A stretch of DNA of 20,000 nucleotides from an uncultured virus (IMG/VR IMGVR_UViG_3300011842_000033) (Duplodnaviria; Heunggongvirae; Uroviricota; Caudoviricetes). Below, in pieces: positions 6,208 through 14,606 of this stretch. A model generated the notes under the pieces. It saw only the letters and a list, made by a program, of their open reading frames with translations, was not told where the DNA came from and ran no database searches. The stretch lies in the IMG/VR virus record IMGVR_UViG_3300011842_000033; one strand, 5' to 3'. The translations under genes and the position numbers were made by a program. The first letter of the stretch is position 1. Each line of letters starts with the position of its first letter.

Positions 6208-9015
6208 ATGGCTGACGTAGAACTGCGGCTGGTAGCGGATGTTGACCAGGCGACGAAGGGGATCAGTGCATTTAGCAAGCACTATCAGGAGCTTGTTCGC
6301 ACCCTTTCCCAGCCGCTGAAAAAGATCAATGCGCTGCGGGAGCTGGAAAACGACCTCGAGCGCACCGGGCAGCAGTCGCGGCAGACGCGCGAGCTGATTC
6401 GCGACCTCGGCAACGAGTTGGCGCGACAAGCCGAACCGAGCAAAGAGCTGTCTGCCGCCTATCGCAACGCGGTGAGTGAGCTGCGGCGGCTGGAGCGCTC
6501 GGAGCAGAGTGCGCGGAACGAACTTGCTAGCCGTCGCCGTGAACTGCAAGCAGCTGGCGTTGACACGCGTAATCTGGCCAGCGAGCAACAGCGGCTTGCT
6601 CGTGAACTGGAAACGGCCACAGCGGGTGGCCGCAATGAGCAGGCAGTAGCCGGCATCCGCGCCCGAGCCGCGGCACTGGCGCAGGTAACCCGTGAGCAGC
6701 GTTTGGCGAACGTGGAGGCGGCCCGCTCCGACCTGGGCGTAAATCGTTATCGCCAGCTCCAATCCGAGCTTCTGCGTTTGCGCAGCCAGTACCAGTTGCT
6801 GCGCACCTCCGGCAACCTGACGACCCAGGAGCTGGCGCTAGCGCAACGCACCATGACCGCCCGCGTGCGTGAAACGCAGCAGGCACTGCGAGAGATGAAT
6901 GCCGAGCAGCGTCGCGGTGCTGGTGCCATGTCCGGCATCGGTCTGCTGGCCGCCGGTTACGGCATGGCGCGGGGCCTGCGTGGCGTTACGAACACCGCCG
7001 ATCAGTGGGTCGAGATCGATGACCGTATTCGTCTTGCGTCCGAGTCCCAGGCCGAACATGCGCAGGGCATGGAGCGCCTGCGTGAGATCAGCGACCGCAC
7101 CTACACGGACATGAAGAACAATGCCGAGCTCTACATCGGCTCGCTGTCCGTTCTGCGTGGCCGCGGCTTCTCCAGTGCAGATGCGTTGGGCCTGACCGAG
7201 GCAATCGGCCTCGGGCTGGTAGCCAGCGCCGCGAAAGGGGAGCGCGCGGCTTCGGTGATCAACCAGCTGAACCAGGCGCTGCAGGATGGCGAGCTGCGTG
7301 GCGACGCTTTCAACTCGGTCATCCGCAACACGCCAGCACTGGCCGACGCTTTAGCGCGAGGGCTGGGCAAAACACGTGAGCAGCTGGCCGCCATGGCGAA
7401 GGATGGCGAGCTCACTACCGACGTGTGGGTGCCAGCCCTGATCGGCCAGGTTGATAGCCTCGGCGAAGCCGTGGAAGGCATGCAGGTAACCGTAGGCGAT
7501 GCGCTGACCAGGCTGAACAATGCATGGGAGGAGTCGATCGGCAAAGCCGATACACAGCCACTCATCAACGCCATCGAGGGGCTTACGCAGGTAATCTCCG
7601 ATCCGGTCGTCATGGAGAACCTGGTCGCTCTGGCGGGCGCTTTGGTCACCCTGGCCGCCACTGCCGCCGAGGGCGGCTCCGAGTTCGTTGACCTGGGCAA
7701 ACGCATCGGCTTTATCGCCGCCAATGCCTCGGGCGCGATCACCGAGCTGGATAAGATCGACCAGCAGATCAAGGACCTTGATCGCAGCATGGCCGGTACT
7801 GGGCTGAACCGGACGCTGGCCGGCATGTGGTATTCGAAGGAAGAGCTGCAGGCACAACGTCAGGCGCTAGTCTCGCTGCGCGAGCTGCTTGTAACCGAGC
7901 AGACCGGCATGAACGCCGAACAGCGTGCCCTGGAGCAGGAGCGGACCGAGGACGCCAAGCGGCAGCAGGCTGAAAAGCTGGCCGATTACCGCCGGTACAT
8001 TGGGGAGCTGGGGCGACTGCAGGCTGAGCAGGTGAAAGCGTCCGAAACCGCTGCGAAAAAGCTGGCCAGCGACGAGAAGAAAGCGCTCAGCGACATTGAG
8101 AAAGTCCGTAACGATCGCTTGAAGATCGAGCAGCGTTACCAGGAAGCGCTGGCTGGCTTGGGCGGCAGTGGGGAGGCATCCTACGGAGCTGCGCAGGCTC
8201 TCAAGGTTGGCGCAAAGCAGGCACTGAGTGCAGGCGATGTCGCTGGTGCGCAGCGACAGGCTCAAGCCGCGCTGAAGATGCTCCAGGATCTCGCCGCGGC
8301 TGGTGGGAACACCTACGGTTTCGAAGGGTTCATCAAGGAACTGCAGGCGATCGAACTGGCCGCGAACGACATTGAGCAGACCAACGCAGAGGCCAAGCTT
8401 CAGGCCATCCGCGGCGAGATCGCCTCGCTCAAGGAACAGGCCAAGCAGCTGAAGGACATTTCGGTCTCGGTGAAAACCGACGAGTCGACCATCGAGCAAG
8501 TGCGGTCGCAGATCCAGGCACTGGCGCAACAGCTCGGCCAGACCGAGATCGTGATGCCGGTACGCCTGCAGATGCCGGATACGAGCGGAGCAGCGGCCAC
8601 TTCACCGACCACACCCGGCTTCTCCGGCGGTGGCTGGACCGGGCCGGGCGGCAAGTACCAGCCGGCAGGCATTGTCCACGCCGGTGAGCATGTGCAGCCG
8701 CAGGAGGTAGTGCGCGAGCCTGGGGCGTTGGCCTTCCTTGAGCGAATTCGTCGCAACGGCTTTCGCGCCACGCTGGATCAGCTGCGGTTGCGCGGCTACG
8801 CCAACGGTGGGCCCGTCGTGCCGGTTCCGCGCTTCGTGCCGAATGTTCCGGCGCCGAGCCCGGCGCTGCTGGAGGCGGCTGCTGGGCTGCAGTTTCCGCA
8901 CCTCGGGCAGGTCGATCTCAGCCTGGGTGGTGCCTCGTACACGATGTATGTCGAGCGCGAGGTGGCCAGCGAGCTGCGCCTCGCGGCGAGGAAGATCGGC
9001 CGCACCCATCGCTGA
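6208..9015 (+). CDS. Tail tape measure protein, 935 aa
   Basis: Long Ala/Gln/Glu/Arg-rich helical protein; tape-measure domain (QLNQALQDGELRGDAFNSV); C-terminal FSGGGWTGPGGKYQPAGIVHAGEHV as in lambdoid gpH. Confidence 0.95.
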   Translation: MADVELRLVADVDQATKGISAFSKHYQELVRTLSQPLKKINALRELENDLERTGQQSRQTRELIRDLGNELARQAEPSKELSAAYRNAVSELRRLERSEQSARNELASRRRELQAAGVDTRNLASEQQRLARELETATAGGRNEQAVAGIRARAAALAQVTREQRLANVEAARSDLGVNRYRQLQSELLRLRSQYQLLRTSGNLTTQELALAQRTMTARVRETQQALREMNAEQRRGAGAMSGIGLLAAGYGMARGLRGVTNTADQWVEIDDRIRLASESQAEHAQGMERLREISDRTYTDMKNNAELYIGSLSVLRGRGFSSADALGLTEAIGLGLVASAAKGERAASVINQLNQALQDGELRGDAFNSVIRNTPALADALARGLGKTREQLAAMAKDGELTTDVWVPALIGQVDSLGEAVEGMQVTVGDALTRLNNAWEESIGKADTQPLINAIEGLTQVISDPVVMENLVALAGALVTLAATAAEGGSEFVDLGKRIGFIAANASGAITELDKIDQQIKDLDRSMAGTGLNRTLAGMWYSKEELQAQRQALVSLRELLVTEQTGMNAEQRALEQERTEDAKRQQAEKLADYRRYIGELGRLQAEQVKASETAAKKLASDEKKALSDIEKVRNDRLKIEQRYQEALAGLGGSGEASYGAAQALKVGAKQALSAGDVAGAQRQAQAALKMLQDLAAAGGNTYGFEGFIKELQAIELAANDIEQTNAEAKLQAIRGEIASLKEQAKQLKDISVSVKTDESTIEQVRSQIQALAQQLGQTEIVMPVRLQMPDTSGAAATSPTTPGFSGGGWTGPGGKYQPAGIVHAGEHVQPQEVVREPGALAFLERIRRNGFRATLDQLRLRGYANGGPVVPVPRFVPNVPAPSPALLEAAAGLQFPHLGQVDLSLGGASYTMYVEREVASELRLAARKIGRTHR

Positions 9016-9018
9016 CCA

Positions 9019-9047
9019 AAGCCCCGCACCTGCGGGGCTTCTTGTTT
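9019..9047 (+). terminator. Intrinsic terminator-like hairpin after the tape measure gene
   Basis: AAGCCCCGC-ACCT-GCGGGGCTT followed by CTTGTTT. Confidence 0.75.
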
Positions 9048-9059
9048 CTGGAGTCTTGA

Positions 9060-9572
9060 ATGTCCCCACCACGAATCATGCTCGGCGGCGTGCCGATCGT
9101 GCTGCATGCCGGTGCGCCCGAGGAAAGCATCGGCCCGATTGGCGGGAGCACCGTGCTGCGCATGAGTGACGGCGCCGGCGTAAAGATGCAGCACTGGAAG
9201 AAGTCGGCCGGCAGCATTTCCGGTACCGGCTGGATGCCGCCAGGCCTCGCGGGGCTGGATTTTTCCCAGCCGCTGGAGCTGCGCAGCACCAAGACGCTGA
9301 GTCACGTTGGTCCGGGCCCGACCTTCACGTTGCTCGGCACACCTCGGCCAGACGTTGCGCCCTGGGCGCAGGCGCTGATCGGTGGGCGGGATTGGGTACG
9401 GGTGCCGTGCTCGTTCGCGGATGGCGTGGTCACCGTGCCCCCAGTGCCCGGCGCGACGCTGTATCAGGCCTGCTACATGCCGGTGTTCTCGGTGTTCGCC
9501 GAGGACCCACAGGAATCGCAGTCATCAGGTACGGCCACCCATAGCTGGTCCATCCCCTGGGAAGAAGCCTAA
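9060..9572 (+). CDS. Putative distal tail protein
   Basis: 170 aa directly after the tape measure gene; LRMSDGAGVKMQHW and terminal WSIPWEEA resemble distal-tail proteins; GGAG RBS. Function is from synteny. Confidence 0.65.
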   Translation: MSPPRIMLGGVPIVLHAGAPEESIGPIGGSTVLRMSDGAGVKMQHWKKSAGSISGTGWMPPGLAGLDFSQPLELRSTKTLSHVGPGPTFTLLGTPRPDVAPWAQALIGGRDWVRVPCSFADGVVTVPPVPGATLYQACYMPVFSVFAEDPQESQSSGTATHSWSIPWEEA

Positions 9573-11297
9573 ATGCTCAACGCCTCGCCACTCAACGCCG
9601 TGCCGCTGAATGGTCTGGCCGGTGCCGCTGCAGAACCCGAATACGTCGTGCGTGGACAGTCGTTCGTGTGGGCGCTGCGCGTGTTGGTGGGCGGCGTGAA
9701 CCGCACGGCGCAGCTCACCGGCAAGGTGACCGTCGACCGGGAAGAGGGCGCTGCGGGCATCGCTGGCTTCGATCTGTTCATCGCGCCAGGCGTCGCCGTA
9801 GTGCCTCCGGACTGGAAGGGCCGGGCGGTGTCGATCGACTACATCAGCACGAGCCAGGGCGAAACGACCGAGGCGCGCAAGTTCACCGGGCAGATCAGTC
9901 GTGCTGACTGGAACCCGGTCAATCGCATCCTGACCTGCGAATGCTCCGACCAACTGCAGCAGCGGGTCGAGGGCATGACGATTGCGGCTATTGATGCGCT
10001 GGTCGGCGGGCGATGGTCGGAAGATCTGTTCGAGCCGGTCGAGGGCCGCAGCCATTGGGACTATGCCAGCGAGCGCACGAGTACGCGCACCGCCAGCCTA
10101 GACTGTTCCGCTTACGGCGATCTGCGCGTGACGAGCTGGTATGCCACGGCACCGCATTTCGTGTTTGGCCCGGGCACAACGCTCTATCAGCAGATCGACC
10201 TGCAGCAATCCGACCTTGAGGCGACGACAAACCGCGTCGAGATCGAATTCAGCTACCGCTATCAACGCCTCTGGCAGCTGAACGAGGGCTACAGCTGGAC
10301 TCACGTCAACGCGGGCGGCGGCCAGAGCGGGTTCTGTAACTGGCGGGTATGGGCGACCGAGCTGCCTGACACGGACATGATCGCCAGCGCCGTCTCTGGA
10401 AGCGGCCAGCAGCTGCTCGGTGGCGTGGGCGGCTACAAGCTGCCGCTGTCCATGGCCAACCCGTGCGGCGATGGCCAGGGCTGGGTCAACACCTTCGACA
10501 ACCTCTGGCTTTCGGCTTCGTTCACCGGTGCGCGGCGCTGGGTGCAGAGCGTAACCGAGAGCTACAAGCTAGTGCTGTCCACCGCTGCCGGCGAGTCAGA
10601 GCTTACCCGCATCGTTCAGCGCGCGGGCTACACCGTGTCGATCGAGCGCGATCAGGCAGAGAGCTGGGGCAGCGATCCGATCCGCGGTGGCGGAACTGGT
10701 AGTCAGGACCTGTTCGACGAAGGCCGGCGCACCAATGCAATTGCAACCGCGCTGCGTATTGGCCAGGCAATGATCGTCGGCGCTCACCGGGAGACGACGC
10801 TCAGCTGGGATGTCACGACCAGCATGGCGATGGGCATCGACCTGTGGCACACGCTGGAGGTCGCCGACCAGGGCGTTCACGCGGTCGGCAAATGCAGGCG
10901 CATCGTCCACCAGTTCGATCTTGACAGCGGTGAAGCGATCACCTCTCTGAGCATTTCGATCATGCGCGGCGGCGGTGTCAGTGACGCGCTGGCTGTGCCG
11001 GCGCAGCCAGATACCAGCCTGCCGCCGTTCACGTCGTCGGTTCAATTGCTGCTGGGCACCCAGCTCGGTGGCCGCCAAGTTGACCCGTACACGGGCTTCC
11101 CAATCGGTCCCTATGACGATGATCGGCCAGGCTTCTCGGGCAACTACGACACGAACGACAACATGCCAGCGGAGTTCTACCCGCGCCGATTCCTGATCGA
11201 GTCGCGCGAGATCGGTGCTGAGTATCGCGACGAGCGCACCGCCTTGGCCGAAGCGTTCTATCGCATCGGCATCCCCAACGATTTGCTGGAGCTATGA
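9573..11297 (+). CDS. Putative tail tip / hub protein, 574 aa
   Basis: Abuts the previous stop codon; beta-rich (RKFTGQI, ILTCECSD, GKCRRIVHQFD); occupies the hub position. Family assignment is inferred. Confidence 0.65.
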   Translation: MLNASPLNAVPLNGLAGAAAEPEYVVRGQSFVWALRVLVGGVNRTAQLTGKVTVDREEGAAGIAGFDLFIAPGVAVVPPDWKGRAVSIDYISTSQGETTEARKFTGQISRADWNPVNRILTCECSDQLQQRVEGMTIAAIDALVGGRWSEDLFEPVEGRSHWDYASERTSTRTASLDCSAYGDLRVTSWYATAPHFVFGPGTTLYQQIDLQQSDLEATTNRVEIEFSYRYQRLWQLNEGYSWTHVNAGGGQSGFCNWRVWATELPDTDMIASAVSGSGQQLLGGVGGYKLPLSMANPCGDGQGWVNTFDNLWLSASFTGARRWVQSVTESYKLVLSTAAGESELTRIVQRAGYTVSIERDQAESWGSDPIRGGGTGSQDLFDEGRRTNAIATALRIGQAMIVGAHRETTLSWDVTTSMAMGIDLWHTLEVADQGVHAVGKCRRIVHQFDLDSGEAITSLSISIMRGGGVSDALAVPAQPDTSLPPFTSSVQLLLGTQLGGRQVDPYTGFPIGPYDDDRPGFSGNYDTNDNMPAEFYPRRFLIESREIGAEYRDERTALAEAFYRIGIPNDLLEL

Positions 11298-11761
11298 CCA
11301 TGACCAATGAGGAACGGCGCCGCGCCTCCGGTGCGGCCATGGAAGCGAGCCGCCGCGGAAGTGGTGTTGCGATGGAGGCGAGCCGGCGGGCTAGCGGTGC
11401 AGCCATGACAGCGCGCCGCACCGGCAAGAGCGTGGCCGACGATATTCAGTCCCTCGTCCAGCCGCCCCGGCAGGCCAAGCCGCTGCCTCGCATCGATCCG
11501 GTTGGCTCGCTGCTGCCGCAGCGCGGCCTTGGCACGTCGCCAGGCCCTGGAGCCGGCGGCGCCCCCGGAGGCGGCATTGCCAGCCCGCTGTCAGAGGTTC
11601 CTGAGTCGCGGGTGTACTACACCGAGGCTCAATCGCAGTCGATCTATTCAAATGACTACTTGTTGAGCATGGAAGTCCTGCCGCTGAAGTCGCTGTTTAT
11701 GACCGATGCGACTGGCGCTGCTGTGCAGATGAACTTCGCATTACCGGTGAGGGCAGTCTGA
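11294..11761 (+). CDS. Hypothetical virion-module protein with 11-aa Arg-rich repeats (start may be 11300)
   Basis: ATGA overlap upstream and TGATG overlap downstream; fills the operon. Confidence 0.75.
   Translation: MTMTNEERRRASGAAMEASRRGSGVAMEASRRASGAAMTARRTGKSVADDIQSLVQPPRQAKPLPRIDPVGSLLPQRGLGTSPGPGAGGAPGGGIASPLSEVPESRVYYTEAQSQSIYSNDYLLSMEVLPLKSLFMTDATGAAVQMNFALPVRAV
11318..11416 (+). repeat. Three degenerate 33-nt in-frame repeats (RRASGAAMEAS / RRGSGVAMEAS / RRASGAAMTAR)
   Basis: Read from the translation and matched to DNA at 11318-11350, 11351-11383 and 11384-11416. Confidence 0.85.
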
Positions 11762-13290
11762 TGTTCGATTCCCCGCTTGAGGAGTCGATGCCCGGGCAGG
11801 TTCTGCGTTTTGGGCTTGGGTATCACGGCTTCGTTGAGTTCCCGACACTTCAGTCGAAAACCTCCTGTCCGGGCAACGAGGTCAAGCTGACAACCTATAA
11901 CGGAGTGACGCTTTATCCGTTCCCGGCCGGCGTGACCTTTCCGCGCCGGACCGTCGAGAGCGCGGTTCTGTTCCGTGATCCTCGGGCGACCGATTTGCCT
12001 GGCGACGGGGAGGGTGCCACGGGTCGTGACTGGCGCCGATATGCAGTGATCCAGACCAATGGCATCAGAACAGGTGCTATGCCCGGAGAGCCAACGTACA
12101 ACTATGCGCTGCATACGCCGACGCGAAATGTCCTGATCAACGTCTCTTTGGCCGTTTGCCTGGTGATGAAGACAAAGATCATAGCCAGGCGGTCATCGCC
12201 CGTCAGCTCCGAAACCTATCCGATCACCGGGCCATCACTGGGCAATAGCTCGCTGTTTGCGGACGCGGTCCCGACCGGCGCGAGGGCACTGTACTGCAGT
12301 CCAGGCAGCTGGCTGCGTGAGCTGGTCATTACCGGGGATTACCCGGCCATTAAACCCGTTAGCTCGAATGTCGTGGCTCAAGGTGAAACCATCGCCACAT
12401 CCGAGACCGGGACCGCAATTTACGACGTAGGCAATTGGGAGTTCGGCGCCTTCGCCAGCGGCATCACGGAGGGCAATTACAGCATCATCGTGATTGATCG
12501 CGCCGATACCGGCGCCCCGTTTCCGGAAGGCCACATCTTCAAATTGCCCTACTCGGGCCGGCGGTCAACTACTCGGCGGCGGGTGGTTGGCGGGTACTAC
12601 GAGGGGGAGCGCATTGCCCAGATCTGGAGCGAGGACGAATATCGCGATGTCTATTCGCGTACCGCTTCATGGGGCGTCACCAGCCAGATCGTGACGAACG
12701 ATGGCGCACAGGTTTCATCCTTCCTCAATGAGACCAACAACTTCGAGTCGACGAGCAGCGTCGCGCTTATCCAGGACGGCGCAAGCGTGTCGAGGTTCGA
12801 GATAAAGGCGGCCAGCGAGAGCACCCAGAACAGAACCTGGACATCCGGGGCCGGGTCGTTTTCCGGGACCGGCGGCTCTGACTCGTCCAACACCAGCGAT
12901 CGCAGTTTTTCGGTGAGGCTGGATGGGGCAAACGTTATCGCGGCCTTCCCGGGTGACTGGGAGCAGGTCGGCGGCGGCAGCTATGGTTCGTTTCCGCTTC
13001 AAGACCGATCTGCGCCATCGGGAACGCAGATTCGCCTGCAGATCAACGTCGGCGTTTACAGCTACTCCATGCAGCTCAAATGCCTGCGCGTTGAGGTGAT
13101 CTATACGCGCCGCGTTTCAGATGTCCTCGTTGAAACGCGGGCGGCCTACTTCTACGGCAACGCCTGCTGCAGAGGCAATGTCGACGGTGGCGTTCACTCC
13201 CCGGCGAGCGGCGGAACGCTCTACGGCTCAGCCGACCCACTTACTGGCGAAATACGCCGCAACTATCCATACCCAGTCACCTGGTGCTGA
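11761..13290 (+). CDS. Hypothetical tail-associated protein, candidate receptor-binding protein, 509 aa
   Basis: Long ORF coupled to its neighbours; Ser/Thr/Gly-rich and beta-strand-like; codon usage looks less biased than in the head genes. Confidence 0.65.
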   Translation: MFDSPLEESMPGQVLRFGLGYHGFVEFPTLQSKTSCPGNEVKLTTYNGVTLYPFPAGVTFPRRTVESAVLFRDPRATDLPGDGEGATGRDWRRYAVIQTNGIRTGAMPGEPTYNYALHTPTRNVLINVSLAVCLVMKTKIIARRSSPVSSETYPITGPSLGNSSLFADAVPTGARALYCSPGSWLRELVITGDYPAIKPVSSNVVAQGETIATSETGTAIYDVGNWEFGAFASGITEGNYSIIVIDRADTGAPFPEGHIFKLPYSGRRSTTRRRVVGGYYEGERIAQIWSEDEYRDVYSRTASWGVTSQIVTNDGAQVSSFLNETNNFESTSSVALIQDGASVSRFEIKAASESTQNRTWTSGAGSFSGTGGSDSSNTSDRSFSVRLDGANVIAAFPGDWEQVGGGSYGSFPLQDRSAPSGTQIRLQINVGVYSYSMQLKCLRVEVIYTRRVSDVLVETRAAYFYGNACCRGNVDGGVHSPASGGTLYGSADPLTGEIRRNYPYPVTWC

Positions 13291-13292
13291 CC

Positions 13293-13712
13293 ATGCAGAC
13301 CTACGTAAATAACTGGCTCCGGGAGATCACCCTGGCGCAGGGGGCTACGTCGTGCCCGCTCGATCTGCCTGATGGCGAGTACCGGCTGACGCTGGCTGAC
13401 ACGGCCGGCACCGAGTGGGAGATCGTCGACGCAACCGTCGCGAATGGCGTCGCCACCCTAGTGAGGGCGCGAGAAGGCACAGCGGACCAGCTCTGGTCTC
13501 TTGGCAGTGTCATCTACAACGCCATCACGGCGGAGCAGGCGATGTACCTCATGCAACAGGCGCGACAGGTCCCCATCTTGCAGCAGCTGCTTTCCGACCT
13601 CGCCGCGCGTGTTGAAGAGCTCGAACAGGGCCAGGGCGTGGATGGCGCCTTGGCCGACGAGTTGGGAAATGAGTTGGTCGATGAGTCCGGTTACAACCTG
13701 GTAGGAGAATGA
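13293..13712 (+). CDS. Short tail-fibre-attachment-like protein (alternative start GTG 13284)
   Basis: YVNNW...WEIV...LVRAREGT...W..GS...ITAE resembles N-terminal anchor modules of phage fibres; followed by a short coiled coil (LSDLAARVEELEQ). Confidence 0.65.
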   Translation: MQTYVNNWLREITLAQGATSCPLDLPDGEYRLTLADTAGTEWEIVDATVANGVATLVRAREGTADQLWSLGSVIYNAITAEQAMYLMQQARQVPILQQLLSDLAARVEELEQGQGVDGALADELGNELVDESGYNLVGE

Positions 13713-13717
13713 ATGCA

Positions 13718-14029
13718 ATGGCTATTACGCAACACACATATTCAGGGAATGGCTCGCCAGAAGTGACCGGCATCGGCTCCGCCGCAGCGATTGGTAGCCA
13801 CTACACCGATCTCGATACCGGCGACTTCTATCTCCGCGTAAGCGATCCGGGATCAGGTGGGCGCTGGCAGCAAATGATGTCCGTAGTGGTGGCGGAGACT
13901 GTAGACGATATCAACTACATGACCCCTGCCGGGCCGATGTTCGTTATGTCGCCTAACGGCGACATACATGTGTCGCGAGTCATTAACGGGGTGTGGTCCT
14001 GGCACCTGCTGGCGGCGACGCCGACGTAG
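13718..14029 (+). CDS. Hypothetical tail-associated protein, ~103 aa (alternative start 13709)
   Basis: AGGAG at 13703-13707; GNGSP...IGSHYTDLDTGDFY...W motif reminiscent of fibre repeat modules; last gene of the tail operon. Confidence 0.7.
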   Translation: MAITQHTYSGNGSPEVTGIGSAAAIGSHYTDLDTGDFYLRVSDPGSGGRWQQMMSVVVAETVDDINYMTPAGPMFVMSPNGDIHVSRVINGVWSWHLLAATPT

Positions 14030-14170
14030 TTGACTGCAAGTTTATCCATTCGACACGGTAGCTGCCCTGAATCAGTCATATCCGGGGTGTGGATGTGTGA
14101 TCGAGCGCGCCAGTCATTGGCCAAAAATCCGGCAGGATCGTCGCTTCATCCATTTGCAAAGGGAATTGCA

Positions 14171-14347
14171 ATGCGCGCGTCCATCAAACGCATCCTCACG
14201 GTGGTCGCCTTCGGCACGTCGTGTTCGATGGCAGGCTTCTATATCGGCATCAATCAGGCGTACGACCATATTACGGAGGATTTGCCGGCGATGATCGAGT
14301 CGGCTGTGTGTTCGATGCCGCAGGTCTCAGAGCTGCTTTCCCTGTAA
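14171..14347 (+). CDS. Small predicted membrane-anchored protein, 58 aa
   Basis: AAGGGA RBS at 14159-14164 and ATG at 14171; basic N-terminus then a hydrophobic stretch (ILTVVAFGTSCSMAGFYIGI). Confidence 0.55.
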   Translation: MRASIKRILTVVAFGTSCSMAGFYIGINQAYDHITEDLPAMIESAVCSMPQVSELLSL

Positions 14348-14367
14348 CCCCGTGCGCCTGCGGTGAG

Positions 14368-14556
14368 CTAAAGCGCTTCAAGGCGCAGGGCTTCAGCCAA
14401 TAGCTGATTGGCCAACCTTTCCAATTCTCGCATGGCGGCCAAACGGTCAGCTGGCCTGATCTCTGCCTCAGCAAAGTCGATTTCTGTGGGCACGGCATCA
14501 CGTATCGCCTGCGCTGCCCAGCCGGCCGCGAAAGCCTGAACACTCGCTTTGACCAT
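14368..14556 (-). CDS. Small helical hypothetical protein, 62 aa
   Basis: Minus-strand GAGGGG (14567-14562) 5 nt before ATG 14556; MVKASVQAFAAGWAAQAIRD...RELERLANQLLAEALRLEAL is amphipathic; fills otherwise empty space. Confidence 0.5.
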   Translation of the reverse strand: MVKASVQAFAAGWAAQAIRDAVPTEIDFAEAEIRPADRLAAMRELERLANQLLAEALRLEAL

Positions 14557-14567
14557 TGAAACCCCTC

Positions 14568-14591
14568 GGCCCGCCACGTGCGGGCTTTTTT
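14568..14591 (+). terminator. Intrinsic terminator immediately upstream of the endolysin
   Basis: GGCCCGC-CACGT-GCGGGCT followed by TTTTT. Confidence 0.82.
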
Positions 14592-14606
14592 GTGCCTGGA
14601 GGAAAG

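Noticed and set aside
5886..6215. 109-aa Cys-rich ORF as the frameshift partner of the chaperone
   Set aside because: It is the +1 frame and reads like off-frame sequence; the -1 frame fits the slippery-site phase and ends neatly before the tape measure gene.
5779..8529. Several long minus-strand ORFs (327, 231, 220 aa) opposite the tape measure gene
   Set aside because: Antisense shadows of a strongly biased coding strand.
11761..14029. Diversity-generating retroelement or invertible tail-fibre shufflon
   Set aside because: No reverse transcriptase or invertase in the window, and I saw no template/variable repeat pair or flanking inverted repeats.
14030..14170. TTG-start extension making a 105-aa ORF, and TTGACT as a sigma70 -35
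   Set aside because: No RBS for the TTG and no acceptable -10 at 16-18 nt spacing; ATG 14171 has an SD.
14556..14606. N-terminal extension of the endolysin (178-aa ORF)
   Set aside because: It runs through the terminator hairpin; GGAGG supports ATG 14607.
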